From Octopus sinensis (taxonomy: Eukaryota), in contig NC_043011.1 of the NCBI RefSeq assembly GCF_006345805.1, forward strand, positions 39,630,464 through 39,694,463: DNA of 64,000 nt, read 5' to 3'. How positions within the stretch are numbered: the stretch's first letter is position 1; the number at the start of each line of letters is the position of its first letter. The notes beneath the pieces were generated by a model. It was given only the letters and a program-made list of their open reading frames with translations. It did not search any database and had not been told where the DNA came from. Both the position numbers and the translations under genes were made by a program. Positions 25,111 to 38,980 of the stretch are shown here, piece by piece.

Positions 25111-25745
25111 TTTTTTTCTGTCTAACCTTTCTCTCTCTCTCTCTCTCTCTCTCCTGTTGGCTGTTTTCAACCATCACCAGTACCACCACCATCACCACCA
25201 CAACTGCCATACACACACCATTCAGACTTCTGACACCACAACCATCAACACCTTTGACTTCACCGCCTTCCCCTCCATCACCATCACCGCTGTCTTTCAC
25301 ATCCCTTACTATCACCGTCATGCTTGACCGCCTCAGCTACCACCACCACCACAATCATCATCACGGTTGCCTCCGCTTCTACCCCAACTACAGCTCATAG
25401 TATTACTCTCACCCCATTACCATCTCAACTGTCAATCTACTACTGCCCTCACCGTCTCTATGCCTACTATTTCTTTCACCCCAGCAAGAGGAATAGAAGT
25501 ATCATTGAATAGGGAAAGAGAGGATCAAAGTGTGACACACTGACACACAAAAATTCGTTTTGGCATTTGTTATTATAGATATAAATATACACATACACGC
25601 ACATTCATAGACACACTTGATATTATATTTATGTACTTTTTTTCATTTCATTTTCGTTACCACCATTTGGCTATTATTGATATGAGATATTAGCTGACTT
25701 AGTCTTGCCTACACCAACTCAAAGACAGAGGCGAAAGCAGATACC

Positions 25746-25939
25746 ATGTTTATCTACCAGACTATGATCAGCCGGACAAGCGATGGCCTTCCTCTCTCTG
25801 CCAGTACTGACCGCATATCGCCTAGTAGTCAATCTAAAATCAACTTACAAGAAGGCTTTCAACAGTTAAAACTGGTTTGCAAAAGAGCTACACATTTTGC
25901 CGATAGGTGCAGCTACATTGTAGGACCACTTGCCATATA
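25746..25939 (+). CDS. SEC22A: SEC22A/C-like vesicle-trafficking protein, coding exon 1 (longin domain N-terminus)
   Basis: MFIYQTMISRTSDGLPLSASTD...FADRCS matches the SEC22A/C longin start (RVRDGLPLSASTD...LPDRCT). Ends TA|gtaagt (phase 2). Confidence 0.92.
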
Positions 25940-26484
25940 GTAAGTATGCATTTGTTTATTTATTTTGCTTTGTTAATTGGTCAAAGTTATTGGGAGTTTG
26001 ATTTTTTGTTTATTGTTTTTTTTAAATTATTAAAAAGTTTCAATTGATAAATTTGCCCTTCGTTAACCATATTTCTGTTGAACCCTTTAGCATTTAATCC
26101 AACCATATCCCACCAGAATATTCTCCCTGTATTATGTTCAAACTGGTTAAGTCTGCCTTTCACACCTATCCTACAATGTTGGCACAGGAGTGGCTGTGTG
26201 ACAAGCAGCTTGCTTACCAACCACATGGTTCCAGGTTCAGTCGCAAGGCATGGCACCTTGGGCCTCTTCTATATATAGCCTCAGGCCAACCAAAGCCTTG
26301 TGAGTGGATTTAGTAGACAGAAACTGAAAGAAGCCTGTTGTATAAGTATATATATATATGTATATGTTTGTGTGTCTATGTTTGTCCCTCCACCATTGCT
26401 TGACAACTGATGTTGGTGTGTCTACATCCCTGTAACTTAGCAGTTCAGCAAAAGATAATGATATATATATATATATATATATAT

Positions 26485-26657
26485 ACTTTATTAATAAAAC
26501 TGCAAAAACATCACAAAAACTGTTACTCAGATTTTCACGTTCCTGTTCATTGGACAGTTTTGGTTGAGAATTCTCAACGTAAACTGTCCAACAAACAGGA
26601 ACATGAAACTCTGAGTAACAGTTTTTGTGATGTCTTTGCAGCTTTATTAATAAAGCA
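26485..26657. repeat. Palindrome made of two inverted hammerhead-like relics
   Basis: Centre gagaattctc. Each arm reads aaactgt-cc(a)a(t/c)(g/a)a-acaggaac(g/a)t-gaaa(c/a)-tctga-gta-acagttt. Confidence 0.75.
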
Positions 26658-27374
26658 TATTACTCTACCTCCAATATTTGAGTACTATTCTTTCCACCTT
26701 GTTTCGCATTTATATGCTTACTCTACTATATGCATATATATCAGGGACGTGCCACCTGGGTAGGCAAGGTAGGCAGTGCCTGCCTTGAATAAAATAGATC
26801 GATAGTAACATTTTGCTTTTATGGCAAAATATGCACCTAATTCAATAAAATTATGAAGGCTACTCTGATTACTATGCATAAAATACAAAATATACTATTT
26901 TTTTGTAGATTAGGTAGGCATAATTCGCCCCTGCTGTTCAATCTCAACATTTAAGCTATGCATACTACTGCTGTAGTACACATGCTGCGTACACACTTAC
27001 AACACCATTTTCTCTATGTGCTATAAATGCAGAAGCAAATCTACCTTCAACTCAGTTGCGTGTCTGTGTTTCGCTTATTTTTTGTGCTTTTTACAGCATA
27101 AAAGTCACCAGCTGCCTCACCTGAATAATTACTGACAGCACATGCCTGATATATAAAATATACAATTATATAAATATAATTATAGTAAGGGCACTAATGA
27201 GTAGTGCCACACACTAGAAATAGATGCCAAATGAACAAAAAAGATTCTTGTTAAAAATAGTTTAACCATTGATTGATTTCTAGTTTAGGGATGTAACTCC
27301 CTTTACCGTCTTCAGTATCGTACATCTCAAAGCACATAATTATAGACATTTATACATATCCATATGAACATAAC

Positions 27375-27440
<66 letters not shown>

Positions 27441-27789
27441 CATATACGTATATACATATTTTTATATATTTATATATACACACACTTCTTTCAGTTTCTG
27501 TCTACCAGATCCTTTCATAAAGCTTTGGTTGGACCAAGACTATAGCAGAAGACACTTGCCCAAGATGTCACACGGTGTGACTGAACCTGGAACCATATGG
27601 TTGGGAAGTCCAGCTATGGACCCCTTTGGTTCCTATTTTACTCAGATGGACCCTCTTAGCCATTCGATGTTTAACCCTTTTGTTACTGTATTTATTTTGA
27701 GATGCTCTGTGTTTCTTTCAATTACTTTAAACATAACAAAGAGTTTAGTAAAATAACTTAGTTATCGTTAAGCTAGTGTTATCAATGCA

Positions 27790-28615
27790 CAACCATGGGG
27801 AGATGAAAATGACACCCTGTTTGTGAACCTCGATTAAAACAGGTACATGGGCAGTGTGGATCAGCTGAGCCAAAGTACGAGTTATTACCCTGACTGGGTA
27901 ATAAATGGTGGCGATACCTGGTTTGGTATATAGTAAACATCATCATCATCATCGTTTAGCGTCCGCTTTCCATGCTAGCATGGGTTGGACGGTTCAACTG
28001 GGGTCTGGGAAGCCAGAAGGCTGCACCAGGCCCAGTTTGATCTGGCAATGTTTCTACGGCTGGATGCCCTTCCTAACGCCAACCATTCCATGAGTGTAAT
28101 GGGTGCTTTTTACGTGCCACCGGCACAGGTGCCAGACGAGTCTGGCAAACGACCACGATCAGATGGTGCTTTTTATGTGCCACCGGCACGAGGGACAGGC
28201 AAGGCTGGCAACGGCCACGAACGGATGGTGCTTTTTACGTGCCACCGGCACGGGGGCCAGGCGAGGCTGGCAGCATTGTAAATGCATTTATATTATACAC
28301 CAAATTAGGAAGGGCTCACAAGTGGTGTGACCATCTGCAGTTCCGAGCAGATGTAGCAACGCAGTTGAGGGCAGGTTATTCCTCCAAAAAAAATAACTGC
28401 AGGAAGGAAAAGCAAAACCTGCCAGAGAGATATCCCTCTGGGTTCAGTCCATCTCCATATATTAGAAAAAAATCAGGAGCTGCAAAAGGCAGTGCCACGA
28501 ATGTCTACATCAACAATGAAAAACTCCCAGTGGACCGCCAGTTGAAACATCCTTCCAATGTGCATTCTACAAGGTTGCAGTATGTAGAGTGGGATGTTTT
28601 ACAACTTTCCATGAT
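27790..28615 (+). pseudogene. piggyBac transposase fossil, split by an RTE-tail insertion (27938-28275)
   Basis: D*NRYMGSVDQLSQSTSYY...KWWRYLVWY before the insertion and IVNAFILY...HLQFRADVATQL after it; these match piggyBac YN..MGGVD / KWW / NA..LY / FR motifs. Confidence 0.8.
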
Positions 28616-29379
28616 AGAAATATTGAGTGAATATTGTATATATGTATGATTAGATTGTGTAAATTTTTTTCAAATTTACTTTTTATTTACTTGTAATTTT
28701 AATTTACCTGTAAGGCGGGTGTCAAGTTTTAATTTAATTTCTATTGTAAGCTTTATATATATGTTCCTGTGTTCATGTATGTGTGTGAGTATATTTAATT
28801 TAGTTGACATATTTAATATTCTATTGTATCTGGGGAGAGTCATTCTCTTTTGGTGCCTTATAATTTGCAAACCAAATCCGAAAACGAAATTTAATTTTCT
28901 AGTTTTCTTCAAAACCAAATTCCAGTATTTCAGTTTATTTTACCTTTTATGGTACACCTGTTCTTCTGTGCATTAATTTCAACTGATAATTTAGTGATGT
29001 GCACAATTCTTCCATATTAAAATTTTGTTGCCTACCCAGTTGAATATTAGCTGATGACTCATTTTCTATGGGGATGTTTAAACAAAATTTAAACATTTTT
29101 ATAATTTGCTCAGTTTACCTGGATTTACCAGTAATTAGAGTCACTTTCAGACAAAAATTATGCAATAGAATTGATTAAGAACCCTTTCTTCAATTATGTT
29201 CCAAATATCACATTAATATGTTGATAAGTAAAAAAAAGTTACAGTTGTTTAATGAAACTAGTCTAAATTCATGATTTTTTTTAGAATTTAATTGGAACTC
29301 ATGTGGGTTGTATTTTGGTCAGAAATATAGCAACGAAAGGGCATGCATTATTTTCTCATTTTCTTTTCTTTTCCTCTAG

Positions 29380-29543
29380 TTTTATTTCAGCTTTAAATAT
29401 AACCTATTCTGTATTGTGTGATGTCTCTTATCCCTCTGTCTTGGCCTTCTCCTTCCTCAACGATGTCCAGAGGGAATTTCTGTTGGATTATGACAAAAGC
29501 AAAGTTGATGCTGCACTCAGGCCATATTCATTAATAGCTTTCG
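29380..29543 (+). CDS. SEC22A: SEC22A/C-like coding exon 2
   Basis: Acceptor ttcctctag|T. Encodes (Y)FISALNITYSVLCDVSYPSVLAFSFLNDVQREFLLDYDKSKVDAALRPYSLIAF. Donor G|gtaagt; phases match both neighbours. Confidence 0.93.
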
Positions 29544-31665
29544 GTAAGTACAAACACGTTGTTGTTATTCTCATTGTCATTGTGGTCACCCTCATTGCAG
29601 CTGTCATCTTCAGCATATTTTTGTTGTTAAACCCCTAAGGCATACCTGACCAAACAGGACCTACTCTCTCCTCTGTCCTGTGTTTTAACAGATGCTTCTT
29701 GTCTTTATCTTTGTTGTGGAGTACCAATCCAGCCTTAATGAAGTATTTATATAATCAAAAGCATTCCAGTCATGACCATCCATCTTTTTTTTACTAAATA
29801 TAACATACCCCAGACTGCATTATCTAATATTTATTTAGAATAGTAGAGTCTGGTTTGAGGGGAATTCACTGGTATTACTTACGAGTTGAGCAACTCTGTA
29901 AAGGTTCCCATATTGGTAAATCTGTGCTGAACACCTGGAGATACTAGTTTGTAGTTAATGCAAGGGCAGGGAGATTATAATGAATATAAATTGCAGGTGT
30001 TGTTTGAATATCCACCCTCTGTAGATCTCATTCAGTTAACTTTTTTTTTTATTTTTCCCTACTAGGTGTAGGTTGCCATGTGGATCCCACTCTCTTCTCC
30101 CTTCACTGATCACCTCCACCTACCCCAGGGCTCACCCCACAGACTGTACAGCAACCTCAATTGTACAGGTGGTACAAAAAAGGCACCGAGTCCACACTGT
30201 ACTGTAGTTAGCATTAGGAAGGTCAACCAACCATAGAATCCATGCCAGAGCAGACACTGGAGCTCTGTGCAGTCCTTGGACCAACAAGTTCCTCTCAAAC
30301 CATTCATGGAACATGAATGTTAAATGACAATGGTGGTGATGAGATTCAGTGCTACGGGACTGGTTGAAAAAAGCAAAATTTTATTGTAAACCTCATCATT
30401 GTTTTAACTTCAACTTTTCCATACTTGTATGCATTGGACAAAAGTTACTGAGGCTGACTTCTAAAGCTGGATGAATGCCCTTCTTGTTACTAGCCCTCAT
30501 CCATTCCCAAGCAAGGCAATACATGGCCATGGCCAGACATCTTTTTGCAGAATATTAGAAATGAATGACAATCATTTACAATGGTCAAGAGATGTCAAGA
30601 CAAGGAGATACAAACACACAGATACTCATTCTCAGACACACACATGATATATACATATACATGCACAAATGAAACCTGTGTAATGCAGAATAAATAATAC
30701 CAAAAAGTTTTCATGTTCCTGTTTTGTCATATATATATATCATCATTATCATCATCATCATTTAGCGTCCACTTTTCATGCTAGCATGGGTTGGATGGTT
30801 CAACTGGGGTCTGGGAAGCCAGAAGGCTGCACCAGGCCCAGTCTGATCTGGCAATGTTTCTACGGCTGGATGCCCTTCATAACGCCAACCACTCTGAGTG
30901 TAGTGGGTGCTTTTTACGTGCCACCGGCACAGGTCCAAATGGGGCTAGCAAACGGCCACGGTCGGATGGTGCGTTTTACGTGCCACTGGCACGGGGGCCA
31001 GGCGAGTCTAGCAACGGCCACGATCGGATGGTGCTTTTTATGTGCCACCGGCACTTCTTTACTACCCACAAGGATCTAAACACAGAGAAGACAAACAAGG
31101 ACAGACAAACGGATTAAGTCGATTATATCGACCCCAGTGCATAACTGGTATTTAATTTATCGACCCCGAAAGGATGAAAGGCAAAGTTGACCTCAGCAGA
31201 ATTTGAACTGAGAACGTAACGGCAGATGAAATACAGCTACACATTTCACCCAGCATGCTAACGATTCGGCCAGCTCGCCGCCTTGATTTATATATATATC
31301 ATCATCATTTAACGTCTCTTGTCCATGCTGGCATGGGTTGGACACTTTGACCAGTGCTGGTAAGCTGAGGGGCTGCACCAGACTCCAGTCTGATTTGGCA
31401 TGGTTTCTACGGCTGGATGCCCTTCCTAATGCCAACCGCTCTGAGAGTGTAATGGGTGCCAGTTGCATGACATGGCTATGATTTCACTCGGCTTCGTAGG
31501 TCTTCTTTTCAAACCCAGCATATTCCCAAAGGACTCATTTGTCATTGCCTCCATGATGGGCTTCTTTTAGTTTCCACCCACTTACATGTCTTTGGTCAGC
31601 CTTATAAGCAACCTTCTAATCGCAAAACCACATTATTATCAGTCTTTCTGTTTCCTTTTCTCAAG

Positions 31666-31851
31666 ATACCAAATTACAGAAAATCAAATCCAAGTACAAC
31701 AACCCCAGATCTTTAACAACAAGATTAAACCTGTCAGAGCTGAGTCAAGAGATCAAATTACGTCCACCATTCCAGATCTCTGCCCATCAAATTCAGCCTG
31801 AATTGCTTAATGATAAGAAAAATGGTGCAGTCCTTTCTCGCTATGTTTCAG
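31666..31851 (+). CDS. SEC22A: SEC22A/C-like coding exon 3
   Basis: Acceptor ttttctcaag|AT. Encodes (D)[38 protein letters not shown]..., matching SEC22A [29 protein letters not shown]. Donor G|gtgagt. This frame is not in the ORF track. Confidence 0.93.
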
Positions 31852-32799
31852 GTGAGTAGCCTTACATTATGTATATATCATCATCATCATCATCATCGTT
31901 TAACGTCCATTTTCCATGCTAGCATGGATTGGACGGTTTGACCGGGATCTAGGAAGCCAGGAGGCTGCACCAGGCTCCAGTCTGATCTGGCAGAGTTATA
32001 GGATAAAATTTTTCGAAGAAAATTTTATCAATGGCCAGCATACTAAAAAATACCTTTAAAGGTTAAATTTATAAACAACTTATAAACAAGGGCAAAAGAA
32101 AAAAAATTTCTAATGCCGAATATGTCGAAACTAGGCACATCGTCCATAACCATATAATTCATCCCTATTAGATTATATATATATAATCATCGTTAACATT
32201 CTCTCGTTTCGTGTTGTGACATCAAGTGAATGACCATATCGTTATTGAAAGTAATATCCCCACGATTTGTAGGAGTTATTGCCCCTTGATTATGTGAACG
32301 GATTAAATTTTTATACTTTTTGTAAGTTTATTTCGTAGGCCATAGTTTTGGGAAAAATTTTTTTCTTTTCTATTTCTCTTTTCGTAAAATATCCTTAAAA
32401 TATTCATGGAAATTTGTACGGATTTATGGTTTAAATTGGAATTTAGTACTTGCATATTTATGGTTTCTTACGAACGCTTGATATCTTTCAATGTTGTTAT
32501 TTCACTGTGAGCTCTGTTATCGTACCTAGCCATTTCTGGCACCCCACAAGTCTTATAAATCCTCATGTGTGTGTACGCAGGCATCTTTTAGTGAATCAGA
32601 CTCACCCACGAAGCACTGGTCAGCCGAGAGCTACAGTAAAAGATGCCCAAATAAATGAAATTCATTTTAATGCTTAGAAGACTTCATAGAAGTAGTTAAT
32701 AGCATCTGCTACCTGGGTGACTTAAGCTGTAGTGGAGGTGGGCACAGTAGATGACCAACCAGAATGATGACAAGGTGAAAAAAAAAAAAATTCAAGGAG

Positions 32800-33290
32800 C
32801 TATTATCTCTGCTGGCAGCAAGAGGATTCTTTCTCCAAGCAAAGAGTACAATGTATGAAGTGTAGTGCTGCATGGCAGTGAGGTGTGGACAGTGAATGGG
32901 GTTGAAAAGAAATTGAACGAGCATGGTCCACTGGGCATGTAATGTTAGAATTCAGGATGCATGAGTGACATTATACAGATGAAATGAGAGATAAACTGGG
33001 AGAAGAATCAGTTACAGTGTGCAAGAGAGATGCCTGCCCTTCTACAGACATATAACGTCTGTACTAATAAAATGATGACAAGTCAGTAAAGAAAAATAAC
33101 AAGACATTCAAGTGGAAGGAATTGTGAAAGAGGAAGACCAAGTAAGACATGGGGGAGAACTGGTAGAGACTGATCTCGAGGTTTTCAACCTTTCAGAAGA
33201 GATGCAATGCAATAAATGGTGAAGCACTGTGTTGGAATGGAATAGATCAATCCAGTGCATGCAAGCATGGAAAAGATGACATAAATATGG
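32800..33290 (+). mobile_element. Degenerate RTE-clade LINE 3' fragment
   Basis: Remnants of MV.W.CNV...RDKLG...VQER...RGRPSKTW, ending in a decayed catgcaagcatggaaa tail. Confidence 0.6.
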
Positions 33291-33907
33291 TGATGAATGT
33301 GTAGGTGTGGTTATAGGTGCAGGCATGGCAGTGTGGTAAGAAGTTGCTTCCAATCCACATGTGGAGGCACATGGCCTAGTGGTTAGAGCAGCGGTCGAGG
33401 GATCGCGGGTTCGAATCTCAGACCGGGTGATGTGTGTGTTTATGAGCAAAAACACCTAAGCTCCACGTGGCTCTGGCAGAAGGTAATGGTGAACTTCTGC
33501 TGACTCTTTCGCCACAACTTTCTCTCACTCTTTCCTCCTGCATCTTGCAGCTCATCTGCGACGGACCGGTGTCCCATCCAGGTGGGGAACCTATATGCCA
33601 AGAAACCGGGAAACCGGCCCTTATAAGCCAGGCATGGCTCGAGAAGGAACAAACAACAACAACAACAATCCACATGGTTCCGAGTTCAGACCTACAGCAT
33701 GGCACCTTGGGCAAGTGTCTTCTACTGTAGCCTCTAGCCAACCAAAGCCGTTAATCGTTGACGATGATGATGAAAACACATCTGAGCATTTGGTTACAAT
33801 AATACTATATATGTATATTCCTTTACAAATTTATCATTAAATATATGGAGTCCCAATCGTATCAGCAACTCTGTATTATTAACGATATGTTATTGTTCTA
33901 TTTCCAG

Positions 33908-34032
33908 CTGGAATTGGTGGCCGTTACATTCCTTTGGGTGTTTCCGGTTGCACTGCTCTCTTTATGTCAGCTCTGTGCAGTGCCCTGCATTTACTCCATG
34001 GATTTAATGTGCTTGGTACAGGAGTTGTAGAT
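33908..34032 (+). CDS. SEC22A: SEC22A/C-like coding exon 4 (first transmembrane segment)
   Basis: Acceptor tttccag|CT. Encodes (A)GIGGRYIPLGVSGCTALFMSALCSALHLLHGFNVLGTGVVD, compare SEC22A LSLLCGALNLIRGF. Donor gtaagt. Confidence 0.88.
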
Positions 34033-35200
34033 GTAAGTAGCACTTGTCTTTATTGTTAACCATCAAACATGTGGAACCATCATGAGAACAGCCCACCTGT
34101 TACTGATCCTATGTTGGGAATCATTAAAATATGGGCTTCAGTTACAAATGGGCCACTGAGATGCTCTTTGTGGGCTTTTAACCTTTCCAAATTCAATGTA
34201 TTTGTGGGCCATTGAGCAGTTAATGGCTTTTGGAGAATATTTTGTGTCAGGAGTCATCTTTTATCTTCTGCTTGTTTCAGTTATTGGAATGTGGCCATGC
34301 TGAGGCACCACCTTAAGGAGTTTTAGTGAAACTAATCGACCCGGTACTTACACTTTTTTTTTATGCTGGTACTTATTCTATCAGTCTCTTTTGCTGAACC
34401 ACTAAGTTATGGGAACGTAAACACATCAATACTGGTTGTCAAATTGTGACGAGACAAAGACACACACACACATGTATGGCCACTTCCCTTGGAGAAGATT
34501 GGACTGTAAGAGTCATGTAAAAAGCACTTGTGTCAGTGCACCAGGTTCCAGTCTGATTCGGTGTGGGTTCTACAGCTGGATGCCCTTCCTTATAATGCCA
34601 ACCACTCCGAGAGTGCACTGGGTGCTTTTAAAAACATGTTCAAATATTGCGCAGGTGTGGCTGTGTGGTAAGAAGCTTGCTTCCCAACCACATGGTTCTG
34701 GGTTCAGTTCTACTGCATGTCACCTTGGGCAAGTGTCTTCTACTGTAGCGTCAGGCTGTCCAAAACCTTGCAAGTGGATTTGGTAGATGGAAACTGAAAG
34801 AAGTCCATCATGTGTATATATGTATATATATTTATGTGTGCATGTGTCTTTGTGCCTGTGTTTGTACCCCATTCCATCGCCTGACAACCGATGTTGGTGT
34901 GTTTATGTCCCCGAAAGTTAGTGGTTCAGCAAAAGAGACTGATAGATTAAGTACTAGGCTTACAAAGATTAAGTCCTAGGGCCGATTTGTTCGACTAAAG
35001 GCGGTGCTCCAGCATGGCTGCAATCAGTTGACTGAAACATGTAAAAGAGTAAAAGTGTATGTTGTAGAAACATAGCCTGTTTGTTGCACATAAATTTTAG
35101 CAACAACATCTTATGTGGACCCTGACTGAGAACCACAGGGCTGAACAAACATCAACCAAATAGGGAAACATTTATTTTGTATGTTTTTTGGGTTTTTTTT

Positions 35201-36620
35201 TGTTTTATTTTTCAATTTCAACATTTTATTCACAAATTCGAATGTTCACTAAGTTATTCCATATTACTCCACTCTACTGACCATCCTATCCTCATGCTCT
35301 GCTGGTTCTAAAGTAGCAAGGTCAAGAGGTCATCTGTGTCTGCTCATAACCACACTACACTGCCACCTAAAACAATTAACAAAAAAACATGGTACTTTCT
35401 ACCAAAGTTACAATCAACTGCAACTGACACCTCAATAGACTGAGGCCATGCTGGGGCACCACCTTGAAAAATTTTTAATCAAAGGAATTAGCCCCTGTAC
35501 TTATTATTCTTTTAAGTCTGGTACTTATTTTATCAGTCAGTTTTGCCAAACCACTAAGTTTGCAGGGATGTAAACACACCAACACTGGTTGTCAAGTGGT
35601 GGTAGACGAACACAAAGACACATCCACAAACATAATATATATACACCAGGCTTCTTCCAGTTTCTGTCTACCAAGATTTGCCTAAGGTGCCACACAGTGG
35701 GACTGAACCTGGAGCCATGTAGTTGGGAAGCAAAATTCTTACCACACAGCTATGCCTGTGCATATAGATAGAAAAAATAAAAGATTCCTCTCTTAATTTT
35801 TTTTTTTTTTGTAAATTATAATTTCAACACTAAAACTGTTTTCTAAATTATTTGTACTCCTCCAATAAATCTATTGTTTTTTTTTTTTTTTTTTGTTTTA
35901 TTTTTCAATTTCAACATTTTATTCACAAATTCGAATGTTCACTAAGTTATTCCATATTACTCCACTCTACTGAAAGTGAGAACTAACTGGTTCTCTCTCT
36001 CTCTCTCTCCCTTCCCACCCTCTCTGACCATCCTATCCTCAATGCTCTGCTGGCTCCAAAGTAGCAAGGTCAAGAGGTCATCTGTGTCTGCTCATAACCA
36101 CACTACACTGCCACCTAAAACAATTAACAAAAAAACATGGTACTTTCTACCAAAGTTACAATCAACTGCAACTGACACCTCAATAGACTGAGGCCATGCT
36201 GGGGCACCACCTTGAAAAATTTTTAATCAAAGGAATTAGTCCCTGTACTTATTATTCTTTTAAGTCTGGTACTTATTTTATCAGTCAGTTTTGCCAAACC
36301 ACTAAGTTTACAGGGATGTAAACACACCAACACTGGTTGTCAAGTGGTGGTAGACAAACACAAAGACACATCCACACACATAATATATACACCAGGCGTC
36401 TTCCAGTTTCTGTCTACCAAGATTTGCCTAAGGTGCCACACAGTGGGACTGAACCTGGAGCCATGTAGTTGGGAAGCAAAATTCTTACAACACAGCTATG
36501 CCTGTGCATATAGATAAAAAAAATAAAAGATTCCTCTCTTAATTTTTTTTTTTCGTAAATTATAATTTCAACACTAAAACTGTTTTCTAAATTATTTGTA
36601 CTCCTCCAATAAATCTATTG
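35201..36620. repeat. Recent tandem duplication of about 700 bp in a SEC22 intron
   Basis: About 35201-35880 and 35895-36620 are near-identical; the second copy has about 50 extra bp near 35974-36023. Confidence 0.92.
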
Positions 36621-36648
36621 TATTTTTTTTTTTTTTTACCATTTTTAG

Positions 36649-36717
36649 GTCTATGATGAAGATTTCACACAATACGCAGCTGCATTTTTTATATCCTTTT
36701 TTTTAACAGGTTTCCAG
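36649..36717 (+). CDS. SEC22A: SEC22A/C-like coding exon 5
   Basis: Acceptor atttttag|. Encodes VYDEDFTQYAAAFFISFFLTGFQ, compare SEC22A DDFNYIIAFFLGTAACLYQ. Donor CAG|gtaatt; 69 nt, phase 0-0. Confidence 0.87.
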
Positions 36718-37053
36718 GTAATTAGAATTTTGTCTTTTATTGACCTGCTTCACCTCCACTAAGTGACATTTTGTCTACTATAGCCCCTGGGTTCACTGAA
36801 GCTGTGTGAATGGACTTGGTAGATGGAAACTGAAAATGCCCATTCTGTGTGTGTGTGTGTGTGTGTCCCCTAAAAGAAAAGTGATTATTTCATGTTCTTT
36901 CAAAAGATTATAGTCTTATGATGTCAACAACAACTCTAATAGTCTTATGATGTCAACAACAACTCTAACACACACACGGTGCTGGTGGAAGATTCTTGCC
37001 AAAGGTGCTGAAGAGTGAACTTTTAAACCACAGCCATGCTTGTGCCCAATAAA

Positions 37054-37595
37054 CAGGGTGTCCCCCAAAAATTACCCATCATTTCAGAATCTAATAACAT
37101 AGCCAATTCTAACTCAAATGATCTCAAATTTTAACAAAATTTGTAAAAAAAAATAAGTTTGGATCAGACAAGCCAGTAATAATGACAATGTGTTGTTGAA
37201 AGGCCACCACGTTCACCTGACTTGACCGTGTGATTTTTTTCTATGGAGCTTTTTGAAAGGACTAGTCTATATCCCTCTTCTTCCTACAAGCTTAGGAGGA
37301 ACTCAAATAGAAAATCACTGAGGTGCTGGAGAATATTACGCAAGACCTGCATGTCTAGCAGAAGCCAGACTACTGACTTGACATGTGTCATGTCACTGGT
37401 GTTGCACATATTAATCGTTTGTGAACCTTTGTGAAATCGGTTATAAAATCTACATCCCTCCAAATCTCTCGTTCAGATTTTGATAGATAGATCATCTATT
37501 ACTTAACATGAAGCCTATTTAATTTCATATGCCTAGGGTATGTAGTTACTTAGATATTCATATTTCAAATGATGTCAGTTTTGGGGGACACCTTG
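37054..37595 (+). mobile_element. Internally deleted Tc1/mariner element
   Basis: TIRs cagggtgtcccccaaaa / ttttgggggacaccttg followed by TA. Internal PPRSPDLT..DFFLW remnant near 37203-37245. Confidence 0.8.
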
Positions 37596-38980
37596 TATAT
37601 GTGTAAGCGTTAAGAAATTCACTTCTCACTTGCATGGTTTTTAGTTCAGTCCCACTACACAGCACCTAGGACAAGTGCTTTCTGCTACAGCCTCAAGCCA
37701 ACGAAAGTCTTGTGAGTAGATTTGATAGATGGAAACTGAAAATCTGTCGTGTGTATATGTGTGTGGCAGTGCTCTGGGTAATCATATATCTCCTACAGCA
37801 AGACCCCTCTTTCTGTTTCTATGTTATGTTCTAACTTCACTCCACCTGGCACAGACCTACCACTCACAGTTGAGGGATCTTTTGTCTTGCAAGTTACCTG
37901 GTGATCCTACTGGTGCTGGAGCCATGTAAAAATTCACCCTTCCACCCTGTAAAGTGGTTGGCACTAGGAAGGGCGTCTAACCATAAAAGCACGCCAAAGC
38001 AGACAGTGGAGCTTAGTGGAGTCCTCTGGCTTATCAGCACCTGTCAAACAGTCCAACCCATCCAAGCATGGAAGACGGACATTAAATGAGGATGTGTGTG
38101 TTGGCGTGTGTATATAGGATGTTTGCTACATGTAAGTGTAGCATATTCCATTTTAAATATCTAGGTAAACACATCCAAAACACTTCATTCAGCATTTAGG
38201 TTGCATGTAGAATGCATGGGACATTTTTTAAATATTTTGTACCACATATATGTGTGCATATATACATATACAGTGTGAAGGTACATGGTTCAGTGGTTAG
38301 AGCATTGGGCTCACAATCATGATGAGGTAGTGAGTTCGATTCCCGGACCAGGCTGTGTGTTGTGTTCTTGAGCAAGACACTTTATTCCCCGTTGCTCCAG
38401 TTCACTCAGCTGTATAAATGAGTTGCAGCATCACTGGTGCCAAGCTGTATCGGCCTTTGCCTTTACTCAGTGACAGGAGAAGGGAGGCTGGTATGCATGA
38501 ACGACTGCTGGTCTTCCATCAAAAACCTTGCCCGGATTTGTGCTTTTATGGGGAACTTTCTAGGTGCAATCCCTATTTCTTTATTACCCACAAGGGGCTA
38601 AACACAGAGGGGACAAACAAGGACAGACATAGGTATTAAGTCGATTACATCGACCCCAGTGCGTTACTGGTACTTAATTTATTGACCCCGAAAGGATGAA
38701 AGGCAAAGTCGACCTTGGCGGAATTTGAACTCACAACGTAACGGCAGACGAAATACTGCTAAGCATTTCGCCCGGCGTGCTAACGTTTCTGCCAGCTCGC
38801 CGCCTTCTAGGTGCAATCCCATGTTCATTCATGGCAGGAGTGGATCTTTACCCCTTTTATATATATTGTACACATACAAACAATGTGCATGCATATACAA
38901 TATATATGTACATGCATATGTAATATATACATAACTAATTTTTACATTTTTCATTGTATTCATTTTTTAATTCTTTTCAG

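Noticed and set aside
29303-29638. 111-aa ORF as a standalone membrane protein
   Set aside because: Only 29380-29543 is exonic; the hydrophobic tail is intron read-through past the gtaagt donor.
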